This document shows, in pieces, positions 17,363-26,091 of a stretch of DNA of 37,422 nucleotides. The notes beneath the pieces were generated by a model that was given only the letters and a program-made list of their open reading frames with translations, ran no database searches and was not told the origin of the DNA. Made by a program: the position numbers and the translations under genes. Origin of the DNA: Candidatus Woesearchaeota archaeon (GTDB lineage: Archaea; Nanobdellota; Nanobdellia; UBA10117; ARS21); NCBI GenBank assembly GCA_964344705.1, contig CAYFOG010000004.1, positions 22,156 to 59,577 of the forward strand. The letters run 5' to 3'. Positions within the stretch are counted from its first letter, which is position 1. Every line of letters begins with the position of its first letter.

Positions 17363-17766
17363 TATAGTAATATGCTTGCCAACTTGCCAACTTGTGACCA
17401 TCGCAAGGCTACCTCCTTAGCTACTGGACCTTTAATGACTGTTCCCTTTGGTGTTCCCAGTCGGACATCCTTTAGTATGACTGCTGCGTTATCTTCAAAT
17501 GAAACTCTCATTCCATCTGGTCGCGCATATTCTTTCTTTTGTCTGATGATTACTGCTTGCACAACTTTGTGTCTCATTTCGAGATCTCCCGTTACAACTG
17601 ATCCTGTAATCATATCTCCAACTGCCGCAGTTGCTAACTTTCGTGTTCTTGATTTGAAACCTTTTACACTGATGACTCTCATTGAACGTGCTCCGGAATT
17701 GTCTGCAACATTTATTACTGCGCCAATTGGAATTCCACGAACTGCTTTTACTTTTATTGGTTTCAT
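17362..17766 (-). CDS. rpl14: 50S ribosomal protein uL14
   Basis: ADNSGA, FEDNAAV, KGPVAKEVA. Confidence 0.98.
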   Translation of the reverse strand: MKPIKVKAVRGIPIGAVINVADNSGARSMRVISVKGFKSRTRKLATAAVGDMITGSVVTGDLEMRHKVVQAVIIRQKKEYARPDGMRVSFEDNAAVILKDVRLGTPKGTVIKGPVAKEVALRWSQVGKLASILL

Positions 17767-18107
17767 TTTCCTGCTCCCATGTTTTCGATAACTATGAATT
17801 TCTTAGTCTTACTCAACGGTCGGCACTCAGCAATTCGAACTGTGTCGCCTACTTGTGCATTAATTTCAGCTGGATTGTGTGCTTTGACTCGAGATCTTTC
17901 TGTTTGATATCTCTCGTACTTGTAAAGATAAGATCTTCGTTCCCACTCAACATTTACTGTCTTTGACATCTTTGCCGAGATAACTTTTCCAACAAAAGTT
18001 CTTCCTCGAGTTGGTGAGATTGTTCTCATTTGATTATTAGATGCTTCTTTCTTTGGTGCTGCCTTCTTTGTAGGTTTCTTTGCTTTTGGTTTCTCAGTTT
18101 TTGCCAT
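17763..18107 (-). CDS. rps17: 30S ribosomal protein uS17
   Basis: KMSKTV, KYERY, AHNP, IAECRPLSKTK. Confidence 0.97.
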   Translation of the reverse strand: MAKTEKPKAKKPTKKAAPKKEASNNQMRTISPTRGRTFVGKVISAKMSKTVNVEWERRSYLYKYERYQTERSRVKAHNPAEINAQVGDTVRIAECRPLSKTKKFIVIENMGAGK

Positions 18108-18108
18108 T

Positions 18109-18369
18109 TTATTTCTTTATTCGCTCCCACGGACGTCCGACCAATTCAGTTCCTTGAACTTCAACTTTTGCTTCTTTCAAATTGAACTCGAAAGTTGCAA
18201 GTCGCTTAAGGATTTTTTTGTCGTCTTTGTCTGTTCGTATAGTGAGTGTTTGTTGGGTTTCGTCGATGACTTTTCCTTGAATATTTTTTGACAGTGGGTT
18301 AAGTGCTTTTGAAACTCTTACGTCGAGTCCAATTAACTCATGTCTCAATATGTTTTGTGGTGTTATCAT
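18109..18369 (-). CDS. rnp1: Ribonuclease P protein component 1 (Rpp29)
   Basis: ITPQNILRHELIGL, GKVIDET, GRPWERIK. Confidence 0.95.
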   Translation of the reverse strand: MITPQNILRHELIGLDVRVSKALNPLSKNIQGKVIDETQQTLTIRTDKDDKKILKRLATFEFNLKEAKVEVQGTELVGRPWERIKK

Positions 18370-18671
18370 CTTACGTCAATACCTTCCTCTGGATATCCCA
18401 TCTTGATTAAAGCTGCCTTTGCACGCTCGCGTTGGTCTCCTTGAAGTTCGATAGATCGTCCTTTCAAGGTTCCGCCTGTTGCAAGCCGGGACTTAAGATC
18501 TTTTGCCAAGGCTTTCATGTCTACTGAAGAGTCAAAACCTTCAATGACTGTCATTGCTTTTCCAAATCTTCGCCGATCGACTCGAATTCGAACGGATTGC
18601 TTCTCTTTGGAGATGTTTTCAATGACTCCAAGATCTTTAGGCAAACCTGTTAATGGGTCTATATCACTCAT
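18366..18671 (-). CDS. sui1: Translation initiation factor aIF1 (SUI1)
   Basis: GLPKDL, RRFGK, LKSRLATGGT, IELQGDQ. Confidence 0.95.
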   Translation of the reverse strand: MSDIDPLTGLPKDLGVIENISKEKQSVRIRVDRRRFGKAMTVIEGFDSSVDMKALAKDLKSRLATGGTLKGRSIELQGDQRERAKAALIKMGYPEEGIDVR

Positions 18672-18877
18672 TATTTGCTAGTTACCTCCTCTTTGTTTAC
18701 TGTAAGGATTCTTGCGATTGTTCGCTTGATTTCCTTAATTCTTCCTGAGTTTTCAGGCACGCGTCCTGATGCTTTTTGGGAATATAATTTTGCGAGTTCT
18801 CTTTTTAAATCCGCCATACTTGCTTCTCTATCTTTTGCTTTCTTTTCTCTGACTTCTTTCACTCTAAGGATTGCCAT
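18671..18877 (-). CDS. rpl29: 50S ribosomal protein uL29
   Basis: MAILR.KEVR, N.GRIKEIKRTIARILT. Confidence 0.96.
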   Translation of the reverse strand: MAILRVKEVREKKAKDREASMADLKRELAKLYSQKASGRVPENSGRIKEIKRTIARILTVNKEEVTSK

Positions 18878-19629
18878 TATTTCTTAGCCTCCTTCTTTTT
18901 TACTGGTGATTTTTTAGTTGTAGCTTTCGCTTTAGAAGCTTCTTTTACTTCTTCAGCTTTTTCTTCAGCTGGAGCTTCTTCTTTGATTTCTTCAACTGCT
19001 GGTGCTTCAGCTTTCTCTGTGGTTCCGTTTGCTTCCAAAATTGTAATCTTGTCTGGAAGAGGTGTGTCTGCATGCATTATTGTAACTGAGATTCCGACTG
19101 TTCCTTTCTTAAGGACTGCATCAGCATGAGCCTTGTCTAGCAAATTGTCTGAAATGAATCCGCACTTCTTCATGTAACCGTCGTAGAATCTCCATTTTCT
19201 TGAACGTGCTCCGGGAATTGGACCATCAATAACAATTTCTACTCCAAGTGCTCCAGAACTCATAATTCTTCCAAGTTCTCTGTAACCAATTCCTTTGAAT
19301 CGTGAAGGTCCAAATCTTTCAAGTTCGGATGCAATCTTTGTTGCTACAACTGCCGCACTTGTGTAAGCGTCAGGTATCTCTGAAGTTTCTATTTGTGGAT
19401 TTTCAAGTTTGAATTTATTCTTTAATTTGTTTGTTAATTCTTTAATTGTGGAACCGCCTCGTCCAATAATGATTCCTGGTCGAGTTGTACTGATTATGAT
19501 TCGTTCACCCAGTGGAGTCTTTTCTAAGGTAATGTTTCCGATTTCTGCTCCTTTATTGAAGTTTTCTCCGATAGCTTCCTTTATCCTGAGTTGCTTCATT
19601 CGCTCCTTGATGAATTCTCGTTCAATCAT
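18877..19629 (-). CDS. rps3: 30S ribosomal protein uS3 with acidic/Lys-rich tail
   Basis: KTPLGE, RPGIIIGRGG, GALGVEI, GYMKKCG. Confidence 0.97.
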   Translation of the reverse strand: MIEREFIKERMKQLRIKEAIGENFNKGAEIGNITLEKTPLGERIIISTTRPGIIIGRGGSTIKELTNKLKNKFKLENPQIETSEIPDAYTSAAVVATKIASELERFGPSRFKGIGYRELGRIMSSGALGVEIVIDGPIPGARSRKWRFYDGYMKKCGFISDNLLDKAHADAVLKKGTVGISVTIMHADTPLPDKITILEANGTTEKAEAPAVEEIKEEAPAEEKAEEVKEASKAKATTKKSPVKKKEAKK

Positions 19630-20180
19630 TTCTTTTCCTCCTTCTTTGGTGATTCTGATTTAGGTTTTGCGGACTTGTCCGCAGTCTTTTCTTCTGCTTT
19701 CGCTTCAGAAGATTTTTCGGCTGGCTTTGGTGTTGGCTTTTTCTTTTCAACCTTTGGTGTTGCAACGAACTCTACGTGTGTTGTTCTCTTGATACCTTGT
19801 ATTCTTCCATATCGGTGTCTCTTTGCAGTCATGTTTGCTGCAGAGTGAACTAAGATTAATTCTCCAGTCAATCCTTTGTTTTCGGCGTTTGCTTTAAGAG
19901 ATTCAAGCAATGGAATTATGTATCTTGCTGCCTTTTCTGGGAATCGTCCTGATGCGAAATCTCCTTTTCGGTGAGGTGTGTCTCGGTTGTACCGTTTGTA
20001 CGGCACAGGAGTTTTCAACTTTTGAACATCTTGTAGCAATGCGATTGCTTTGTCTACCGGTCTTCCTCGAATGTGATTTGTAACTTCGTATGCAATCTTC
20101 TTTGATACTGGCAAGTTTCTTCCGATTACTTTAGCCATCGTTTTTCCATCATATGCCTGCATACTAATTCCTTTTGTCAT
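19626..20180 (-). CDS. rpl22: 50S ribosomal protein uL22 with Lys/Glu-rich tail
   Basis: VPYKRYN, HRKG, GRFPEKAA, ANAENKGL, THVE. Confidence 0.97.
   Translation of the reverse strand: MTKGISMQAYDGKTMAKVIGRNLPVSKKIAYEVTNHIRGRPVDKAIALLQDVQKLKTPVPYKRYNRDTPHRKGDFASGRFPEKAARYIIPLLESLKANAENKGLTGELILVHSAANMTAKRHRYGRIQGIKRTTHVEFVATPKVEKKKPTPKPAEKSSEAKAEEKTADKSAKPKSESPKKEEKK
19668..19715. repeat. Intragenic palindromic repeat, copy 2 (in rpl22)
   Basis: TGCGGACTTGTCCGCAGTCTTTTCTTCTGCTTTCGCTTCAGAAGATTT; 45/48 identical to 13910-13957. Confidence 0.9.
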
Positions 20181-20563
20181 TATTTCTTACCTTGGTGCTT
20201 GGAACTCTTTGTAGCTCCTACTCCTGTTCCTTTGTGAGATGCAATCTTTCGAGTTTGAACGAATTCTCCGAAATAGTAACCAAGCATTTCTTCGTTAACC
20301 ATTACTGGAACAAATTTTCGTCCATTGTAAACTTCGATTGTTTTCCCGACCATGTTTGGAGTGATTATGATGTCTCTTCGATGAGTTCTCAATTTTGGTT
20401 TTCCTTTTTCTAGCTTTTCCATGAATTTTGTTTGGTGTTCTGGAACTCCTCTTCGAATTGATCGTCTCTTTCGTGATTTCAATAGTTCAGCGAATTGCTT
20501 TATGTCAAGCTGTTGAAGCTCTTCAATTGTCTTTCCTCTGAATTTGAATATTTTTTCTACCAT
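20180..20563 (-). CDS. rps19: 30S ribosomal protein uS19
   Basis: FRGKTIEEL, RTHRRD, VYNG, GEF, GVGATKSS. Confidence 0.97.
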   Translation of the reverse strand: MVEKIFKFRGKTIEELQQLDIKQFAELLKSRKRRSIRRGVPEHQTKFMEKLEKGKPKLRTHRRDIIITPNMVGKTIEVYNGRKFVPVMVNEEMLGYYFGEFVQTRKIASHKGTGVGATKSSKHQGKK

Positions 20564-20564
20564 T

Positions 20565-21281
20565 TTACTTCTTCTTTCCTGTTCGTCTTGCTGCGATGTG
20601 TCCTACCTTCTTACCTGGTGGTAAGTTTCGTGGAACTGTTGTGGAATATTTACCCATACCCATTTGCTTTGGTCGGGTTCCACCGTGTGGGTGATCTACT
20701 GCATTCATTGCTGCGCCTCGAACTTTTGGATATTTTAATCCACGAGCCTTCATTGCGTAGAACTTGTTTCCAGCTCTTACAAAAGGCTTGTTGGTTCGTC
20801 CACCGCCTGCGATTGTTCCAACTGTTGCAAAACAATTCTCGTTAAGGACCAGTTTCTTCTTTGAAGGAAGTTTTACGGCAATTCCTTTTCCTTCTTTTCC
20901 AATAACTTGCGCAGCTGTTCCGGAAGTTCTTACATATTTACCTCCGTCGCCTGGAACTCTTTCAAGGTTGAAAACCATTGTTCCTGCTGGCAAATCTTTG
21001 AGCATCATTACATTTCCATTTGATAGGTTTGTGTCTCCTACGGAAATGTTTTGTCCTACACGCACTCCAAATGGTGCAGGCATTAGAGCCAATTCTCCGT
21101 TTGTGTATTCAACAACCATTAGTGGGCTGTTGTGCATTACTGATTGAGTTAAATCGATAATTCTTCCGTGAAGTACTTCTCCAGTGTTTGAAGGATAGCT
21201 TAATCTTCCTAGAGCTCGGTGGCTAGGTGTCCGATGAATGGAACCTTTTCCTCGTCTTTGTTGTCTTAATCTCTTACCCAT
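20565..21281 (-). CDS. rpl2: 50S ribosomal protein uL2
   Basis: MGKRLRQQRRGKG, PGDGGK, AMNAVDHPHGG, KVGHIAARRTG. Confidence 0.98.
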   Translation of the reverse strand: MGKRLRQQRRGKGSIHRTPSHRALGRLSYPSNTGEVLHGRIIDLTQSVMHNSPLMVVEYTNGELALMPAPFGVRVGQNISVGDTNLSNGNVMMLKDLPAGTMVFNLERVPGDGGKYVRTSGTAAQVIGKEGKGIAVKLPSKKKLVLNENCFATVGTIAGGGRTNKPFVRAGNKFYAMKARGLKYPKVRGAAMNAVDHPHGGTRPKQMGMGKYSTTVPRNLPPGKKVGHIAARRTGKKK

Positions 21282-21282
21282 T

Positions 21283-21552
21283 TTATATTAGTCCTAGCTT
21301 CGATGTTACATCAACTGCTAGTGTTGATGGATCAAGCTTTACGTAGGCCTTTTTAACTCCTTTCATGTCGTTTAGAGTTCGTACGTTTGATACTTTTACT
21401 TTGTACTCCTTTTCGATTGCCCACTTGATTTGTGATTTAGTTGCTGCCTTTGCAACTGCGAATATTAGTGTGTTTTCTGCTTCGATTGCTCGAACCGCTT
21501 TTTCTGTTGCTAACGGATACTTCAAGATGTCGAATACTTGATTGCCTTTCAT
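21283..21552 (-). CDS. rpl23: 50S ribosomal protein uL23
   Basis: PLATEKA, ENTLIF, KKAYVKL. Confidence 0.97.
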   Translation of the reverse strand: MKGNQVFDILKYPLATEKAVRAIEAENTLIFAVAKAATKSQIKWAIEKEYKVKVSNVRTLNDMKGVKKAYVKLDPSTLAVDVTSKLGLI

Positions 21553-21553
21553 T

Positions 21554-22315
21554 TTAGTTGAATAGGTTTTCCTCCTTTAGTTTCTTGATTGCGTCTGAAC
21601 TCCAGACGGTTGTTCTTCCAGTTTGTCCACCCGGTGCAAGCAGTTCTGCATTCAAATTATTTACAACCGCTACATCAATTCCTGCAAGATTTTCTGCTGC
21701 AATCATTGCTGGGCATGCTTTGCTGAATATCATTAGAGGTCCGACTTTTGTTTTGTATTTTCGTCCTCTTCGAGTTCCAACGCCTGCTCGAACTTTCTTT
21801 GATTTTGCTCTGACTAATTCTTTGTCAAGTTTGTTTGAATTTAATGAATTTTGAACGTCTTTTGTTTTGTTCAAAGCTTCAAGTTTTGCATCAATTACTA
21901 CATATTTTGAAGCTGCGATTGCAGAACGAATTGCTTTTCTTCGTTCCTTCTTGTTGATTTTTACTAATACATTCTTATCTGCGGTTGGTGCGAATGCTTT
22001 TCGCCCACCAATTGCGTTTGATACGAATGCTCCAATCCATCTGAATTGACTTCCTCGTGTCCACAAGTGCTTTCTTCGGATTCGGGAAATTCCTTTACCA
22101 TAAGTTGTCTTGAACTTCTTTCTTCGTTTTGGAGTTGTGTAACCTTGTCTCTTACCCGCCATTGGATCGTGTCCGTAAGCTTGTCTTCGACTTAGTTGAA
22201 GAGCTTGAACTGCCTTTCTAATCAGGTCTTCTCGAAGCGGTTCAACAAAATGGATAGGTAATTCTATATCAGATGTTTTTCCACCGTTGACTCTAAATAC
22301 TTCTGTCTTTTTCAT
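21554..22315 (-). CDS. rpl4: 50S ribosomal protein uL4
   Basis: REDLIRKAV, KINKKERRKAIRSAIAA, RAGVG..RGRKY, LLAPGG. Confidence 0.97.
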   Translation of the reverse strand: MKKTEVFRVNGGKTSDIELPIHFVEPLREDLIRKAVQALQLSRRQAYGHDPMAGKRQGYTTPKRRKKFKTTYGKGISRIRRKHLWTRGSQFRWIGAFVSNAIGGRKAFAPTADKNVLVKINKKERRKAIRSAIAASKYVVIDAKLEALNKTKDVQNSLNSNKLDKELVRAKSKKVRAGVGTRRGRKYKTKVGPLMIFSKACPAMIAAENLAGIDVAVVNNLNAELLAPGGQTGRTTVWSSDAIKKLKEENLFN

Positions 22316-23313
22316 TATCTTTGTTGTGCAATTGTAGAGATTTCTACATTGTCAAGTGCTGGGAAGACGTTTGCTCGTCTTCGCTTTGCGAATGTTAATC
22401 TTACAAGTCTCTTTTTTGGACCTGGAAGGCTTCCAGAGATTAGTGCGTATTTGCCCTTTACTTCTCCGTATTTTACAAATCCACCTGTTGGCGTTACTGG
22501 TGTTTCTTCAGCATTTCCAATCTTCAAAATTTGCTTGCTGAATTCAGTTCGATTGTGATATCCCATCTGTCCTGGATGAGGAACTCTCCAAGTTTTAGCC
22601 ATCCAGTTACCTAGTGTAGCTACTTTTCTTCGTCCGTCGCTGTGAGATTTTCTGTGTAAGATGGATACTCCGAATCTCTTAACAGAACCTTGGAATCCTT
22701 TTCCAGTTGTTACTGCGTGAACATCAATTAATTGTGATTCTGGGAAGATGTCTTCAATTTGAACTTCAGTTCCTAGAATTGATTTTGCGTATTCGAATTG
22801 TGCGTTGACGTCTTTTCCACCAATTGCTAATTCCATTACGTCTGGCTTCTTCTTTGCAAGTGCTGTTGCGCTTGGATTTGTGTAAGCAAGAACTCTGACT
22901 TCGGAAGCTTTTGGTAAAAGTTCTGCTAGCTTTTCTGGATTTGCTCGCTTCTTTGGCAAGTCCAATCTCTTTGCTAGTTTCAGATCAAGATTGTCTGCAA
23001 ATGATTCTGCAATTACTTTTTTGCCGTAATTGTCAGATGAATATAATCGGATGTTGAAGATGTTAAGAGAAGGTGTCTCAAGGACAGTGACAGGAACTCG
23101 AATTTCCTCGCCTTTTGTTGGAGATTTTGGTCGGTTGTCAACAAAATTGATGTGGGTCATACCAGCCTTATAGCCAGCAAAACCTAAGAGCTTTACGTCA
23201 GCTATTCGATTCCAAGATCGAATTCGAGGAGTTTCTCGATTAGCTTTCTTTCTATGCCAATACTGTAGGCTACCTCGTCTTGGTCTTCGTCTGAAACCTG
23301 CTGAACTTCCCAT
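22315..23313 (-). CDS. rpl3: 50S ribosomal protein uL3
   Basis: RPRRGSL, GYKAGMTH, GKGFQGSVKRFG, GQMGYHNRTE, GSLPGPKKR. Confidence 0.98.
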   Translation of the reverse strand: MGSSAGFRRRPRRGSLQYWHRKKANRETPRIRSWNRIADVKLLGFAGYKAGMTHINFVDNRPKSPTKGEEIRVPVTVLETPSLNIFNIRLYSSDNYGKKVIAESFADNLDLKLAKRLDLPKKRANPEKLAELLPKASEVRVLAYTNPSATALAKKKPDVMELAIGGKDVNAQFEYAKSILGTEVQIEDIFPESQLIDVHAVTTGKGFQGSVKRFGVSILHRKSHSDGRRKVATLGNWMAKTWRVPHPGQMGYHNRTEFSKQILKIGNAEETPVTPTGGFVKYGEVKGKYALISGSLPGPKKRLVRLTFAKRRRANVFPALDNVEISTIAQQR

Positions 23314-23341
23314 TTTTTACTTACTCGCTTGTAAGGTTGTG

Positions 23342-23465
23342 TTTTTAAACCTTATGTTGTGTGGTTTTGAGAGTTTCGTAGTCTTCAATAATCTTGCTTT
23401 CGCGACAGAATTCTAGATACAATGTAGGGGTAATAAAGGTTGTATTGATGTGTTTATATAAGTTT
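23342..23465 (-). promoter_or_regulatory. Two tandem TATA-like promoters upstream of rpl3
   Basis: Minus-strand AAAAC-TTATATAA (about 23461) and AAGG-TTTAAAAA (about 23349). Confidence 0.5.
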
Positions 23466-23477
23466 TGGTTAGTTATT

Positions 23478-24239
23478 TTAGAAAATTGGGAAAATGTACA
23501 CTTCGACGTATGCTGCTATTAGTATTATAATCATTCCTCCAACGGTTAGAACTGCTGCGTCTTGAATTACATGCTTGAAATTCTTTGAACCGGCCTCGTG
23601 ATTCTCAATTCCCGCTGAGAGTATTCCTCCAGCAATGGATGCTGCGAAGAATCCAAGAAATTCTAAGCTTGCGTGAGGTAAAAATTTCCACAAGTTTGCG
23701 CCTTGGGATGCTAAGAAAACTCCTAGAACTGAAGCATTCCAAGTTAGTATCATTAGTGCTCCCGCACCGTAAATTAATGAGAGAATTAATGCCAAGATTA
23801 CTATCTTCAAATTGTTGAATAATATTGCGTAAAAGTGATTTTGGTTTGCAAAGCTTCCTAGAACTGATGAAAATACTCCGAATTGGTTTCCGAACAAAGC
23901 GTTATGCATTTGGTCGGGGAGGAATAACGCTCCAACAAAATATGTTAGGAAAATTCCCGCATAGAAAAAGAAGAAATATTCCATTGCATATTTGTTTCTA
24001 GAAAGCATTTGTCGGATGTTGTGTGATGTTTTTTCTGCTCGCTCTTCTTGAATCATCAGAGTTCTAAAGAACGGAACTGCTGCTATGAGTATAAAGAATA
24101 TTGATGCTAAAGATGCATCTTGGGGAAATAGATTATATCCAATAGTTAATCCAATAACTGTGATAATTACTCCAAATAGAGTTGATTTGAGGTAGCTATT
24201 CCGGTAATGATCTGGTGAAATTAATTTTTCAAGTACCAT
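23478..24239 (-). CDS. SpoIIM-like (DUF95) membrane protein
   Basis: ILFNNLKI, S.IYGAG...ILTWNASVLG, LPHASLE, GGILS, AAYVE. Confidence 0.85.
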   Translation of the reverse strand: MVLEKLISPDHYRNSYLKSTLFGVIITVIGLTIGYNLFPQDASLASIFFILIAAVPFFRTLMIQEERAEKTSHNIRQMLSRNKYAMEYFFFFYAGIFLTYFVGALFLPDQMHNALFGNQFGVFSSVLGSFANQNHFYAILFNNLKIVILALILSLIYGAGALMILTWNASVLGVFLASQGANLWKFLPHASLEFLGFFAASIAGGILSAGIENHEAGSKNFKHVIQDAAVLTVGGMIIILIAAYVEVYIFPIF

Positions 24240-24248
24240 TTATTTTGT

Positions 24249-25058
24249 TTATATGTTGTCGATTATGTCGGGAATTCCGTTTCCATTGGTGTCTGGACAG
24301 TTTCTGAAATCTCCTCCAAGAGTTTTATCAGTTATCCAATTTAATACAACTAATCCTTCTGATGCTGGATCTGAAACTGGATCTCCAAGTCTGCTTGGTG
24401 ACGTGATTGTGGTTTTGGAATCATCTCTTGCTGAGATTGTAACAGTTTGTGTTGAACTTCCCACATGACTGTGCCTAGACTCTTCAACTGTAAGTGTGAC
24501 TTCATATGTTCCGGGTGTTGTGTATATGTGCGAGGCTAAATTGAGATTTGCCATTTTGCCGGATTTTGAAAGTGTGTATCCGTCACCGAAATCCCAACTG
24601 TAAGCGATTATCTTAGCTCCAACATCTGGGACTGTTGATGCTGAACCATCAAATTGTACTGGTGTTCCAACAACGCCCGGATTGGGAGTTATTGTGAATT
24701 CTGCTACTGGCGGTTTATAGAATCTATCGAAGCCCACTATATGTGATGTACCACTAAGTAAATTCACTGCTCTTACGGTCTCCACAATATCACTAGTTCC
24801 ATCTGAGTTTGAGTCTAGAAATAAATTTGGACATTCGATTTGGTCTGATATACTGTCACCATCGTGATCTGAGCCTGGAAGAAATGTTGCTAGGGCAAAG
24901 TCTGCTGGATCGCCATATGCTTCGTGATCTTGAATATCAAAAAACTGTCCTGTGGGTTTAAAGCTTAGTACTAGTAATAAAACTGCTAAGACTGCTATGC
25001 CGATTATGGAATATCTGAGAATATTGTTAGATTGCTTGGCTTTTTTGCGTGCGGCCAT
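24249..25058 (-). CDS. Membrane-anchored surface protein with PKD domain and DxDxDG-type Ca-binding motifs
   Basis: Basic N-terminus + TM; PPVAEFT, FDGSAS, YSWDFGDG, HIYTTPGTYEVTLTV; DHDGDSISD, DTNGNGIPD. Confidence 0.88.
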   Translation of the reverse strand: MAARKKAKQSNNILRYSIIGIAVLAVLLLVLSFKPTGQFFDIQDHEAYGDPADFALATFLPGSDHDGDSISDQIECPNLFLDSNSDGTSDIVETVRAVNLLSGTSHIVGFDRFYKPPVAEFTITPNPGVVGTPVQFDGSASTVPDVGAKIIAYSWDFGDGYTLSKSGKMANLNLASHIYTTPGTYEVTLTVEESRHSHVGSSTQTVTISARDDSKTTITSPSRLGDPVSDPASEGLVVLNWITDKTLGGDFRNCPDTNGNGIPDIIDNI

Positions 25059-25101
25059 TGCTTCTTAATGGGCTTTGATAAATATAAAGATTTCCTAGAA
25101 A

Positions 25102-25184
25102 CGCTGGGAGAGGGATTCGAACCCCCAACTCCCGAAGGAACCGGCTCTCAAGGCCGGCGCAATACCGGATTATGCGATCCCAGC
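25102..25184 (-). tRNA. tRNA-Ser(TGA)
   Basis: GCTGGGA/TCCCAGC acceptor, anticodon arm CCGGC-CTTGAGA-GCCGG, UUCG variable arm. Confidence 0.95.
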
Positions 25185-25228
25185 GTAGATTTCGATATTT
25201 TCGACCATTTAAAAGCCTTATTACGAAG

Positions 25229-26041
25229 TTAAATTAGCCGTTTCAGTTTTCTGAAAATTCGCTTGTAAATTCTGTCCTTTTTGATATGTCCGTGACCCAT
25301 ATTATATCTGAGCAGTTTTTCAGCAATACCTCTCTTTGGTCCTCGGCCTTTGGCTATGAAAAATAGTGCCGCCAAGATATATCTAATAGTTACCCACAAA
25401 GAGCCTTCTGTGTTCAATCTTCGGGTTGAAACGATTAATTTCTTAGACTTTAGAACTCTAAATCTGAAACGCAATCTTCTGCCTCGAACCATGAATGTTG
25501 TATCTTCTCCTAAGAAAATATCTGGATCAAATCCGCCAATTTTGCTAAAGACTTTCTTGCTACAAATTATGCAATGACCAAAGGCCGCAGGAAAGGGCGT
25601 AAATTGGAGAAATACTAAACTTCGGTTCATAAACGCATGGAAACTTCTGTTCTTTAGTCGTCTATCTGTAGGAATTGATTTGACTGTACCTATTGAGAGC
25701 CGCCTTCTTTTTAATTCTGTAAGAGTTGATCGAATAAAATCTCTATCCGGATAGACATCAGAGTCAAAAAAATAAATATATTTTCCGCGGGCTTTTTTAG
25801 CACCTAAATTTCTGCCAACCGCAACACCTTTCTTTTTGGTTGAAATGAATATCAAATCTATGCCTCGCTTTTTGAATTTGGAGGTTCTGAATTCTACAAC
25901 TGTTTTTGTTTTGTCAGTTGAATTTCCGTCGGAAACTATGACTTCAAAATCTTTGAATGATTGATTGGAAAGTCGGTCGAGAACCTTTCCAATATACTTC
26001 TCTTCGTTCTTTGTCGGTATGACTACAGATACTTCAACCAC
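25229..26041 (-). CDS. Family 2 glycosyltransferase
   Basis: VSVVIPTKNEE, DGNSTDKT, GRNLGA, FFDSD, GGFD, ED, STRR. Confidence 0.92.
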   Translation of the reverse strand: MVEVSVVIPTKNEEKYIGKVLDRLSNQSFKDFEVIVSDGNSTDKTKTVVEFRTSKFKKRGIDLIFISTKKKGVAVGRNLGAKKARGKYIYFFDSDVYPDRDFIRSTLTELKRRRLSIGTVKSIPTDRRLKNRSFHAFMNRSLVFLQFTPFPAAFGHCIICSKKVFSKIGGFDPDIFLGEDTTFMVRGRRLRFRFRVLKSKKLIVSTRRLNTEGSLWVTIRYILAALFFIAKGRGPKRGIAEKLLRYNMGHGHIKKDRIYKRIFRKLKRLI

Positions 26042-26091
26042 ATAATACGTTCAAAAACAAGATATAAATACCTGCTGAATAAAGTTTGAAC

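Noticed and set aside
3658..22558. Many + strand ORFs of 60-170 aa antisense to ribosomal, secY and cbf5 genes
   Set aside because: Shadows of strongly conserved minus-strand genes; no independent motifs
25102..25184. Selenocysteine or suppressor tRNA
   Set aside because: Anticodon is TGA (reads UCA, Ser), not TCA; normal 7-bp acceptor; genes use standard stops
25032..25232. 66-aa + strand ORF
   Set aside because: Antisense to tRNA-Ser(TGA)
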